A stretch of 34,746 bases of DNA from Clostridia bacterium. GTDB taxonomy: Bacteria; Bacillota; Clostridia; DUPQ01. The stretch covers positions 1 through 34,746 of the forward strand of contig JAUVJE010000002.1 of the NCBI GenBank assembly GCA_030592355.1, written 5' to 3'. A program made the position numbers and the translations under genes. Positions 26,828 through 34,746 of this stretch are shown here, in pieces. Below the pieces are notes generated by a model. It was not told where the DNA came from and did no database searches. It saw only the letters and a list, made by a program, of their open reading frames with translations. Numbering within the stretch: position 1 is the first letter of the stretch; the number at the start of each line of letters is the position of its first letter.

Positions 26828-28537
26828 ATGAATACTATGCAGCTGGCAAAAGTCGCACGAGGCGATAAAAAAGCAGATTTAGTTCTGAAAAATTGTACTA
26901 TTGTTAATGTTTTCAACCACAAGGTGGAGCACGGTGATATTGCAATTACCGACGGTATCATCGCCGGCATCGGGAAATATTCAGGGAGAAAGGAAATTGA
27001 CCTTGAAGGCGGATTTGTCTGCCCCGGATTTATAGACGGCCATGTGCATATTGAATCTTCTATGCTTACACCCCCGCAATTTGCAAAAACGGTTATTCCC
27101 AAGGGCACAACCACAGTAATAGCGGACCCCCATGAAATTGCAAACGTTTGCGGTATAGACGGTATTGAATTTATGCTTGACAGCAGCGAAAAGCTTCCTT
27201 TGGATGTATTTATTATGCTTCCTTCCTGCGTTCCGTCAACAGACTATGAAAATTCCGGCGCGGTTCTTTCCGCGGAGGACTTAGCTCCGTTAATGGACCA
27301 CGAGCGCGTTATTGGACTTGGAGAAATGATGAATTATCCCGGTGTAATCAATGGTATTAAGAAAATCCATGACAAGTTGAATATCGCCGGGGGACGGATG
27401 ATTGACGGACATGCTCCGGGAGTTACCGGTAAAGAACTGAACGCCTATGTTGCATCGGGTATAAAGACAGACCATGAATGCACGGCAGTAGACGAAATGG
27501 AAGAAAAACTGAGACGGGGAATGTATATTATTATCAGGGAAGGTTCTGCAACAAGAAACCTGGATACTCTGATTGCGGGTGTCAGCAAAGACAATCTGAG
27601 AAGAATGCTTTTTTGCACCGACGATAAACATCCCAAGAGTATAAAGAACGAAGGTCATATCAATTACAATGTTAAAAGAGCCGTAAGCCATGGGGTTGAC
27701 GCCATTGACGCGATTTTAATGGCAACACTGAATACCGCAGAATGCTACGGACTTCGGGACAGGGGCGCAATAGCACCTGGCTACATAGCAGATATTCTGG
27801 TTTTGGATAATCTTAAAAACTTTTCAGTTATGCAGGTTTTCAAAAAAGGAAAGCTGGTAGCTGCAAACGGAGAAGCAAAATTCGGAGCGCGTGCAGTGGC
27901 TGACCAACGTGTGTTAAATACAGTCGTACTCAATGACAATATGAAAATTAATCTTGATTTACACCTGAAATCGGATGTAGTTAAAGTAATCCAGATAATT
28001 GAAGACAATATAATAACTAAAAAAGTTATCAGAAAAGTAGATGTAGATGACGGATATTATAAAAACAATCCAAAGCTGGACATACTGAAACTGGCTGTTA
28101 TAGAAAGGCATAAGAAAACCGGTAATATCGGACTTGGCCTGGTAGAAGGCTACGGATTGAAAAATGGCGCAGTAGCCCTGACAATTGCCCATGACTCTCA
28201 CAATATTATAGTTGTCGGTGACAATGACAGGGATATGTTGGAAGCGGTCAGGGAATTACAGAAATGCGAGGGTGGAATAACCATATGCAGCGGCGGAAAG
28301 GTTATGGGAAGCCTGACTCTGGAGGTCGGTGGATTGATGACTGATTCATCAATTGAATCAGTGGAAGATAAAGTTGATGAGTTGGTGGGAATTGCGGAGA
28401 AAATGGGCATTAACAAAGGATTGGATCCATTTTTAACACTATCCTTCCTCTCGCTTCCAGTAATACCCGAACTTAAACTAACCGACCGAGGCCTTTTTGA
28501 CGTAACAACCTTCGGCTTTGTGGGCACGGAAGAGTAG
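26828..28537 (+). CDS. ade: Adenine deaminase
   Basis: 569 aa, the canonical length. PGFIDGHVHIESSML metal motif. GGAGGAAATAG RBS. Confidence 0.85.
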   Translation: MNTMQLAKVARGDKKADLVLKNCTIVNVFNHKVEHGDIAITDGIIAGIGKYSGRKEIDLEGGFVCPGFIDGHVHIESSMLTPPQFAKTVIPKGTTTVIADPHEIANVCGIDGIEFMLDSSEKLPLDVFIMLPSCVPSTDYENSGAVLSAEDLAPLMDHERVIGLGEMMNYPGVINGIKKIHDKLNIAGGRMIDGHAPGVTGKELNAYVASGIKTDHECTAVDEMEEKLRRGMYIIIREGSATRNLDTLIAGVSKDNLRRMLFCTDDKHPKSIKNEGHINYNVKRAVSHGVDAIDAILMATLNTAECYGLRDRGAIAPGYIADILVLDNLKNFSVMQVFKKGKLVAANGEAKFGARAVADQRVLNTVVLNDNMKINLDLHLKSDVVKVIQIIEDNIITKKVIRKVDVDDGYYKNNPKLDILKLAVIERHKKTGNIGLGLVEGYGLKNGAVALTIAHDSHNIIVVGDNDRDMLEAVRELQKCEGGITICSGGKVMGSLTLEVGGLMTDSSIESVEDKVDELVGIAEKMGINKGLDPFLTLSFLSLPVIPELKLTDRGLFDVTTFGFVGTEE

Positions 28538-28562
28538 TAACGACTAATGCAAATATGATAGT

Positions 28563-28591
28563 TTGAAGAGTGTTGAGATGTGTGGTAAAAT
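28563..28591 (+). promoter_or_regulatory. Putative sigma-A promoter for the PLP-enzyme/ygeY unit
   Basis: TTGAAG (28563-28568), 17-nt spacer, TAAAAT (28586-28591). Confidence 0.45.
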
Positions 28592-28624
28592 TTAGTAGCA
28601 CTTAATATATTTAGTGTTACTAAA
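28591..28624. promoter_or_regulatory. 12-bp inverted repeat abutting the -10 box (candidate operator)
   Basis: TTTAGTAGCACT - 10 nt - AGTGTTACTAAA (11/12 complementary), at the predicted transcription start region. Confidence 0.4.
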
Positions 28625-28650
28625 TTATAAGTAAATTGAGGTCAGGGTAT

Positions 28651-29883
28651 ATGGTATATATAAAAGGGTATGAGTGCACAATTTGCAATTCACAGTATGA
28701 AGTGAATGAAAAACTTCATACCTGTCCTAAGTGCGGCGAAAAAGGCATATTGGAAATCATTTACGACTATCAGAAAATAAAATCAAAAATGACAAAGTCA
28801 TATTTTGCAAACTGCACGGATAATTCTATGTGGCGATACCATTATACAATGTCTGTAGAGCCTGGATTAAGAAGCAAGTATCTTAGAGTTGGCGGAACTC
28901 CGTTATATAAGGCAAAACATCTTTGCGATATTATGGGATTTAAGAAAATTTATATAAAAGACGAAGGTGTGAATCCCACCGCATCATTGAAAGACCGGGC
29001 TTCAGCCGTGGCGGTGGCCGATGCTGTTGCACTTAAGGCTGCTATAATAAGCTGCAGTTCCACGGGGAATGCAGCATCGTCGCTTGCGGGGAATGCAGCG
29101 AGAATTGGAATGAATACAGTAATTTTTGTGCCTGAAAGAACACCGGAAGGAAAGCTTTCGCAATTGTTGATTTTCGGAGCAAAAGTTATAGTGGTGAAGG
29201 GCAGTTACAGAGATGCTTTTGAGATGTCGCAAAAGGCGATAAAAAAATGGGGATGGTACAATAGGAATGCGGCAATCAATCCGCATCTGGTGGAAGGGAA
29301 AAAAACAGTAGCCCTTGAAATTGCTGAGCAGATGGATTGGAAAGTGCCTGATTGGGTTGCAGTATCTGTAGGCGACGGCTGCACGATTGCGGGAGTTTAT
29401 AAAGGCTTTCACGATCTTTTACAGCTGGGAATAATCGACAGGATACCAAAGCTCCTGGGCGTGCAGTCAGACGGCTGCAGTCCCTTTGTCAACGCATATG
29501 TGAAAAAACAGAAAATAGAACCAACTGAAGAAAATACCATCGCAGACAGTATTTCCGTAGGAATTCCCAGAAATCCGGTTAAAGCAATAAGGGCGGTTGA
29601 AAAATCAGGAGGTTCCTGGATAGCGGTTTCCGACCACAATATATTAAAAGCCATGAAAACACTTGGAAGCAACGAAGGAATTTTCACCGAACCGGCGGGT
29701 GCAGCAAGCCTTGAAGGAGCCGAAGAAGCTTTGAAACTTGGGATAATAAAACCCGATGAAACCATATGTATCATTGCAACAGGTAATGGTCTTAAAGATA
29801 CAAAAAATGCCTTGGAAATTGCAGGCAAACCGATATATATTGAACCCGATATGAATGAATTAATAAAAATAATAGGGAAATAA
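28651..29883 (+). CDS. Threonine-synthase-like fold-type II PLP enzyme with N-terminal zinc ribbon
   Basis: Start at the ATG at 28651. CTIC...CPKC zinc-ribbon. PLP-lysine motif NPTASLKDR. Glycine-rich SVGDGCTIAG loop. Confidence 0.7.
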   Translation: MVYIKGYECTICNSQYEVNEKLHTCPKCGEKGILEIIYDYQKIKSKMTKSYFANCTDNSMWRYHYTMSVEPGLRSKYLRVGGTPLYKAKHLCDIMGFKKIYIKDEGVNPTASLKDRASAVAVADAVALKAAIISCSSTGNAASSLAGNAARIGMNTVIFVPERTPEGKLSQLLIFGAKVIVVKGSYRDAFEMSQKAIKKWGWYNRNAAINPHLVEGKKTVALEIAEQMDWKVPDWVAVSVGDGCTIAGVYKGFHDLLQLGIIDRIPKLLGVQSDGCSPFVNAYVKKQKIEPTEENTIADSISVGIPRNPVKAIRAVEKSGGSWIAVSDHNILKAMKTLGSNEGIFTEPAGAASLEGAEEALKLGIIKPDETICIIATGNGLKDTKNALEIAGKPIYIEPDMNELIKIIGK

Positions 29884-29907
29884 CCCTTTAATACAGGAGG
29901 ACAAATA

Positions 29908-31275
29908 ATGAACGGCATACCCTTTGGACCAACTTATGATGAAATGCTTGAGAGGAATCTTATAGATCCCGAAATCAAAGGGAAAGCAGAGAAAGCAATA
30001 AGCGATGAATTAGATCCTATAAATCTTTTTAACATCACTTGGAAAGATACAGATAATAATGTCAGAAAGATAGTGCTTCCACCGGAACTTACCGGTATTG
30101 ACGCCAATATTGTAGTGCTTCTCGGTAAAGATTTTCCTTCCGGCTCACACAAAGTGGGTCCTGCATATTCCACTCTCATAGAAGGCTGCGTGGATGGTGA
30201 CATACTTCCGGGACAACACACGATACTTGGGCCTTCAACGGGAAATTTCGGCATAGGCGTATCATATATATGCAACTTAATGGGGTATGATGCAATAGTA
30301 ATCATGCCTGACAATATGAGCAAAGAACGTTATGAGAGAATTGAGAGATACGGAGCTGAACTTGATCTTACGCCGGGAACGGAGTCTGATGTTATATTAA
30401 CCTTGCAAAGAACATATGAATTGGCGAAAGATCCCAAAATGCGGTCGCTGGCGCAGTTTGAATTGCTGCCCAACTATCGCTTTCACAGACATGTAACGGG
30501 AAACTCCGCCATAGAGGCGGTTGAAGGCATAGGTAATGGCAGAATAGCATGTTTTGCATGTGCTCCGGGCTCCGCCGGCACCATTGCCGCCGGAGACCAG
30601 ATAAAAGAAACCTTTCCTGAAGTCAGGATTGCCGCCCTTGAGCCTTACGAGTGCTCTACACTTACAAACGGAGGCCGTGGGCAGCACCGGATAGAGGGGA
30701 TAGGCGACAAGATGTGCACGCTGATACACAATGTTTTAAACACTGATTTTGTAGTACTTATACGCGATGATGATTGTGTAAGGGGACTTAAGGTTATACA
30801 CGATGGTGCCGATATTTTGGCTGAATCAGGAATTGATATGGAAACGATTTTGTATATGAAGGATCTTTTCGGTGTATCGGGTATCTGCAACATCATAGGT
30901 TCCATTAAGATGGCAAAACACCTGCACCTGGGCCCGGGAGACAATGTTGTTACTGTAGCAACCGACGGCTATGACAGATATGAATCCGTCATTGAAGATC
31001 TTGACCGCCGTTATCTGGAAGTAGAAGATTTTGTACTGAGACGTTGGAAAAAGGATGTGTTCGACAATGCTGATGAGAGCAACATAATGGATTTCCGCCA
31101 AAGCGATAAAAAGGAACAGCTTTTTCAACAGAAAGAAAAGGACTGGATCCCGTTCGGATATACAAAAGAGTACATGGATTCTATGAAAGATCAGAATTTC
31201 TGGGATGCTGAATACGCAAAAGTAAAATACTATGATAAAAAAATCAAAGAGATGAGGAGGCAGCCCAATGATTGA
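29908..31275 (+). CDS. Fold-type II PLP-dependent enzyme (Trp-synthase-beta/cysteine-synthase superfamily), specificity unknown
   Basis: 455 aa. [13 protein letters not shown] (TrpB-like GSHK lysine motif), [12 protein letters not shown], and a long C-terminal extension. AGGAGG RBS. Confidence 0.6.
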   Translation: MNGIPFGPTYDEMLERNLIDPEIKGKAEKAISDELDPINLFNITWKDTDNNVRKIVLPPELTGIDANIVVLLGKDFPSGSHKVGPAYSTLIEGCVDGDILPGQHTILGPSTGNFGIGVSYICNLMGYDAIVIMPDNMSKERYERIERYGAELDLTPGTESDVILTLQRTYELAKDPKMRSLAQFELLPNYRFHRHVTGNSAIEAVEGIGNGRIACFACAPGSAGTIAAGDQIKETFPEVRIAALEPYECSTLTNGGRGQHRIEGIGDKMCTLIHNVLNTDFVVLIRDDDCVRGLKVIHDGADILAESGIDMETILYMKDLFGVSGICNIIGSIKMAKHLHLGPGDNVVTVATDGYDRYESVIEDLDRRYLEVEDFVLRRWKKDVFDNADESNIMDFRQSDKKEQLFQQKEKDWIPFGYTKEYMDSMKDQNFWDAEYAKVKYYDKKIKEMRRQPND

Positions 31276-32488
31276 TTTTAAGGCTATCCTTGAAAAAGCA
31301 GAATCGTACAGGGTTGAAATGTCTGCATTTCTCCGCGACATGATAAGGCTGCCCAGTGAAAGTTGCAATGAAAAGGAAGTTGTTCTTCGCATAAAAGAGG
31401 AAATGGAAAAAGTTGGTTTTGATAAAATTGAAATTGATCCAATGGGTAATATTCTGGGATATATAGGCCACGGCAAACACCTTATCGCAATGGATGCCCA
31501 TATTGATACTGTAGGGGTAGGTGAAAGAGATCTGTGGAACTACGACCCCTTTGAAGGATATGAAGATGATGAAATAATAATCGGCAGGGGAACCAGCGAC
31601 CAGGAAGGCGGAATGGCCTCGATGGTATATGCCGGTAAAATTATAAAAGACCTTGGACTGGAAGACGATTATACGTTATTGGTCACAGGAACGGTGCAGG
31701 AAGAAGACTGCGACGGCCTGTGCTGGCAGTATATTATAGAAAAAGACAAGATAAGGCCTGAGTTCGTAGTGATAACTGAACCTACCTCGCTCAATATTTA
31801 CCGGGGACACAGGGGCAGGATGGAGATAAAAATATCCACCTACGGTATAAGCTGCCATGGTTCGGCTCCTGAAAGAGGCGACAATGCCATTTACAAAATG
31901 GCTCCGATTATAAATGAGCTAAAAGAGCTGCACGGCAATCTGAAACATGATACTTTTCTTGGAAAAGGAAGCCTGACGGTATCTGAAGTATTTTTCAGCT
32001 CGCCTTCAAGATGCGCAGTTGCAGACGGGTGCTCCATATCTGTAGACCGCAGGCTGACAGCAGGGGAAACATATGAATATGCATTGGAGCAGATTAGAAA
32101 TCTGGATTCTGTAAAAGCTGCAGGAGCAACCGTGGAAATGTATGACTATAAGCGTCCGGCCTATACAGGGCTGGTGTATCCAACCAAGAGCTACTTCCCG
32201 ACATGGGTGCTTGAAGAAAAACACCCTGCATGCAAAACGCTTGTAGATACATATAAGGGATTATTTAATAAAAAACCGCTAGTGGACAAATGGACGTTTT
32301 CCACAAATGCAGTTTCAATAATGGGTAGGTTTAAAATACCATGCATAGGTTTCGGTCCCGGTCATGAAGATCAGGCCCATGCCCCAAACGAGCGTACATG
32401 GAAAGATGAACTGGTAAAAGCCGCCGCAATGTACGCGGCAATACCATTGGTATATATTCAAACCATCATCCACACATCCCAAGGATGA
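31268..32488 (+). CDS. ygeY: YgeY-family M20 metallohydrolase
   Basis: 406 aa. M20 ligand motifs [20 protein letters not shown] and VQEEDCDG. The N-terminus resembles YgeY proteins. 8-nt overlap with the upstream gene. Confidence 0.75.
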   Translation: MIDFKAILEKAESYRVEMSAFLRDMIRLPSESCNEKEVVLRIKEEMEKVGFDKIEIDPMGNILGYIGHGKHLIAMDAHIDTVGVGERDLWNYDPFEGYEDDEIIIGRGTSDQEGGMASMVYAGKIIKDLGLEDDYTLLVTGTVQEEDCDGLCWQYIIEKDKIRPEFVVITEPTSLNIYRGHRGRMEIKISTYGISCHGSAPERGDNAIYKMAPIINELKELHGNLKHDTFLGKGSLTVSEVFFSSPSRCAVADGCSISVDRRLTAGETYEYALEQIRNLDSVKAAGATVEMYDYKRPAYTGLVYPTKSYFPTWVLEEKHPACKTLVDTYKGLFNKKPLVDKWTFSTNAVSIMGRFKIPCIGFGPGHEDQAHAPNERTWKDELVKAAAMYAAIPLVYIQTIIHTSQG

Positions 32489-32501
32489 ATGGATGATGGT
32501 T
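32461..32501. repeat. Palindromic element copy B (19-bp stem with 2-nt bubble, CAA loop)
   Basis: AACCATCATCCACACATCC caa GGATGAATGGATGATGGTT. The core matches copy A at 28 of 30 nt. The ygeY stop codon (32486-32488) lies in the right arm. Confidence 0.8.
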
Positions 32502-32538
32502 TGATTACTAATGAAATATATTATTTAGGAGAGGTAAT

Positions 32539-33522
32539 ATGAAAACTGAATTTAAGGGGAAACATTTTATATCATTGCAAGACTGGACAAAAGAAGAGCT
32601 GGACACGCTGCTTGAGGTGTCCTATGATTTGAAAAAGAAATTCGCAAATGGAGTGCAGACACCCTATTTGCCATATAAAACCATGTTCCTGATGTTCTTT
32701 GAACAGTCAACCAGGACAAGGAATTCAATGGAAGCGGGAATTGCACAGCTGGGCGGCCATGGTAATTTTCTTGATGTCAGTACAATGCAGATATCCCATG
32801 GGGAGTCTGCAAAAGACACGGCGATAATACTTTCCAGTTACGGGCACGGCATAGCCTGTAGGAATTGTTTCTGGGAAGTTGGAAATAAATACCTTCGGGA
32901 AATGGCGGAATATTCGACTGTTCCCGTTATGAGTCTTCAGTGCGACCTGTATCATCCCATGCAGGGTATCGCCGACCTAATGACCATACAGGAAAAAACC
33001 AAAACAACCAGAAATCTGAAGGTTTCTATAATTTGGGCATATGCAACCAGCCACAAAAAACCGATTTCGGTTCCGCTGACACAGGCGCTTCTGTTTCCAA
33101 GATACGGAATGGATGTCACTCTGGCATATCCAAAAGGATATGACCTTCCGGATTGGGCGATTGCACAGGCAAGGGAAAACGCAGAAAAGAACAATGGTAA
33201 ATTTAGGATAACCCACAATATGGAAGAGGCTTACATAGATGCAGATGTAGTTATTCCTAAAAATTGGGGTAGTTGGGTAAATAACCAGAGCAGCGAAGTT
33301 GTTGATGATTTGTTGGAATCTTACAAAGGTTGGAAATGTACTGAAGAAATGATGGCCCTGGCAGCTAAAAATGTAATGTACATGCATGCGCTGCCTGCAG
33401 ACAGGGGCAATGAGGTGGAAGATTCCGTAATAGACGGACCGCATTCAATAGTTTATGACGAAGCGGAAAACCGGCTGCACACCGCAAAGGCTGTAATGAT
33501 GCTTACAATGGGTGATAAGTAA
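32539..33522 (+). CDS. ygeW: YgeW-like carbamoyltransferase (ATCase/OTCase superfamily)
   Basis: 327 aa. Motifs STRTR, LQCDLYHPMQGIADL, WAYATSHKKPISVP, YGMDVTLAYPKGYDLP and HALPADRGNEV. The middle motifs match my recollection of E. coli YgeW. Confidence 0.75.
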   Translation: MKTEFKGKHFISLQDWTKEELDTLLEVSYDLKKKFANGVQTPYLPYKTMFLMFFEQSTRTRNSMEAGIAQLGGHGNFLDVSTMQISHGESAKDTAIILSSYGHGIACRNCFWEVGNKYLREMAEYSTVPVMSLQCDLYHPMQGIADLMTIQEKTKTTRNLKVSIIWAYATSHKKPISVPLTQALLFPRYGMDVTLAYPKGYDLPDWAIAQARENAEKNNGKFRITHNMEEAYIDADVVIPKNWGSWVNNQSSEVVDDLLESYKGWKCTEEMMALAAKNVMYMHALPADRGNEVEDSVIDGPHSIVYDEAENRLHTAKAVMMLTMGDK

Positions 33523-33531
33523 AGGAGAGAT

Positions 33532-34479
33532 ATGGGAAAATTGGCCGTAATAGCCATAGGAGGCAACTCCCTTATAAAGGACAAACAGCATATGCAGGTC
33601 GACGATCAGTATGATGCAATCTGCGAAACGGTGAAATACATTACTGATATAATCGAAGAGGGTTATGAAGTTGTAATAACCCACGGCAATGGTCCCCAGG
33701 TGGGATTCATCATGCGCAGGTCTGAAATAGCTGAAGAAGTAGAACATATGCATCCTGTTCCTCTTGTCAGTTGTGATGCGGACACACAGGGTGCCCTTGG
33801 TTATCAGATTCAGCAGGCATTCCATAATGAATTTACGAAACGGAGCATCAAAAAGAATGCGGTAACAATTGTAACGCAGGTAGAAGTTGATGAAAATGAT
33901 CCCGCATTTAAGAACCCCGCCAAACCTATTGGCTTATTTCATAATGACGCACAGGTGAAACGGCTTAGAAAAGACCATCCCGATTGGGTGATGACTATGG
34001 ATTCAGGCAGGGGATACAGGCGGGTAGTACCGTCACCCATGCCAAAGAAAATAGTTGAAATAGACGCCATTGAGAATCTTGTTAATTCCGGATTCACGGT
34101 AATAGCAGTTGGTGGCGGCGGTATTCCCGTGGTTGTTGATAAAAACAACGGTTACAGGGGAGTGAATGCAGTAATCGATAAAGATCATGCATCAGGAATG
34201 CTAGCGACAAAACTTGGAGCGGATGTTTTTATTATATTAACAGCGGTTGAAAATGTATGTATCAATTTCGGAAAGCCGAATGAAAAAAGAATCAAAGCGA
34301 CTGATATAAATAGTATTAAAGAACTAAGGGAACAAGGCCACTTTGCACCCGGAAGTATGCTTCCCAAGATAAATGCTGCCATGACTTATCTTGAAAACGG
34401 CGGAGAAAAAGCCATAATAACATCACCTGAAAATCTGCTTAAAGCAGTACGCGGTGAAGCAGGCACAATTATAATATGA
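33532..34479 (+). CDS. arcC: Carbamate kinase
   Basis: 315 aa. AIGGNSL and ITHGNGPQVG motifs. AAAGGAGAG RBS. Confidence 0.9.
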   Translation: MGKLAVIAIGGNSLIKDKQHMQVDDQYDAICETVKYITDIIEEGYEVVITHGNGPQVGFIMRRSEIAEEVEHMHPVPLVSCDADTQGALGYQIQQAFHNEFTKRSIKKNAVTIVTQVEVDENDPAFKNPAKPIGLFHNDAQVKRLRKDHPDWVMTMDSGRGYRRVVPSPMPKKIVEIDAIENLVNSGFTVIAVGGGGIPVVVDKNNGYRGVNAVIDKDHASGMLATKLGADVFIILTAVENVCINFGKPNEKRIKATDINSIKELREQGHFAPGSMLPKINAAMTYLENGGEKAIITSPENLLKAVRGEAGTIII

Positions 34480-34504
34480 GAATAAGATCCTCATTTTTCT
34501 CTTT

Positions 34505-34540
34505 TCAGCAAATTACCCCTTGGATGATTTGCTGATTTTT
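34505..34540 (+). terminator. Rho-independent terminator at the end of the cluster
   Basis: TCAGCAAAT / ATTTGCTGA 9-bp stem with a 13-nt loop, followed by TTTTTAATTT. Confidence 0.55.
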
Positions 34541-34603
34541 AATTTACGCTGGCTTTTGCACAGGGATTCCACAGATTTGTGCACAGGCAGACGCTTTCTA
34601 TAA

Positions 34604-34746
34604 AAGGACTTCTACACATTATGTACAGTATCCACTCTGATAAACGCAGTTTTTGGAAATTCCTTTGAAAAGAGCCGTGATGATCATTCCTGGTGGGGTC
34701 GACTCATTGAAAATGCCGTTGGAGCACATCTGTTGAACCGACTTGG
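34604..34746 (+). pseudogene. 5'-truncated remnant of a DUF4143-type AAA ATPase gene (runs off the window)
   Basis: The frame is open from 34604 to the window end and reads ...FEKSRDDHSWWGRLIENAVGAHLLNRL. This resembles the C-terminal region of DUF4143 ATPases. There is no in-frame ATG and a TAA lies at 34601-34603. Confidence 0.35.

Noticed and set aside
30826-31476. Long antisense ORFs inside well-supported + strand genes. Examples: 30826-31476 (216 aa), 29409-29918 (169 aa), 22816-23307 (163 aa), 5607-6089 (160 aa), 32977-33444 (155 aa) and 9229-9663 (144 aa).
   Set aside because: They lie entirely opposite genes with clear family motifs. Their composition is low-complexity and rich in Ser/Ile/Phe. 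They show no RBS and no recognisable motifs. These are typical shadow ORFs of AT-rich coding DNA.
13067-34479. Selenocysteine recoding or direct evidence for selenium dependence of the hydroxylases.
   Set aside because: All cluster ORFs are continuous with no in-frame TGA interruption. No selD, selA/B or SECIS-like element is visible in the window. The selenium link rests only on knowledge of the family neighbourhood and cannot be read from this sequence.
34557-34590. Direct repeat TGCACAGG ... TGCACAGG downstream of the terminal hairpin.
   Set aside because: Only 8 nt and two copies, with no associated ORF or structure. Most likely chance.
1-34746. Scan for CRISPR arrays, tRNA/rRNA genes, transposases/integrases, and long direct or tandem repeats.
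   Set aside because: No regularly spaced repeats, no tRNA-like cloverleaf regions in the intergenic gaps, and no ORF with DDE, tyrosine-recombinase or serine-recombinase motifs were found. The intergenic space is too small for rRNA.

Overview
34.7-kb low-GC, Clostridia-like (Firmicutes) chromosomal segment with GGAGG-type RBSs and some TTG/GTG starts. All genes but one are on the + strand. It falls into four blocks. (1) 1-3.5 kb is an accessory islet that looks more AT-rich by eye. It holds a SAM methyltransferase, a P-loop kinase-like protein, a Phd/YefM-ParE toxin-antitoxin pair, TrmO and a convergent PrsW-type membrane protease. (2) 3.7-6.9 kb holds a Gfo/Idh/MocA oxidoreductase and a two-gene AmmeMemoRadiSam-type system (LigB/Memo-like::AMMECR1 fusion plus radical SAM enzyme), preceded by a perfect 17-bp palindrome. 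(3) 7.1-12.9 kb holds branched-chain amino-acid genes ilvN-ilvC-leuA-cimA (no ilvB), a small unknown protein and a lipoprotein. (4) 13.0-34.5 kb is the main feature: about 21 kb and 20 tightly packed, often overlapping genes for anaerobic purine/urate catabolism of the E. coli ygeW-ygeY-hyuA-ssnA-xdh-mocA-carbamate kinase type. Its composition is non-canonical. It has two paralogous three-subunit molybdenum hydroxylases in permuted gene order, an unknown ~7-TM membrane protein, XdhC plus a small P-loop NTPase, and a PreA-like DHOD/Fe-S reductase where YgfK would be expected. It also has an embedded XRE-cupin regulator, adenine deaminase, and two non-YgeX PLP enzymes. A ~30-nt palindromic element occurs twice, at 12.9 kb and 32.5 kb. 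No rRNA, tRNA, CRISPR, transposase or integrase was recognised. The last ~140 nt look like a 5'-truncated DUF4143-type ATPase remnant. All functional calls rest on motifs read by eye from the supplied translations. No database search was run.
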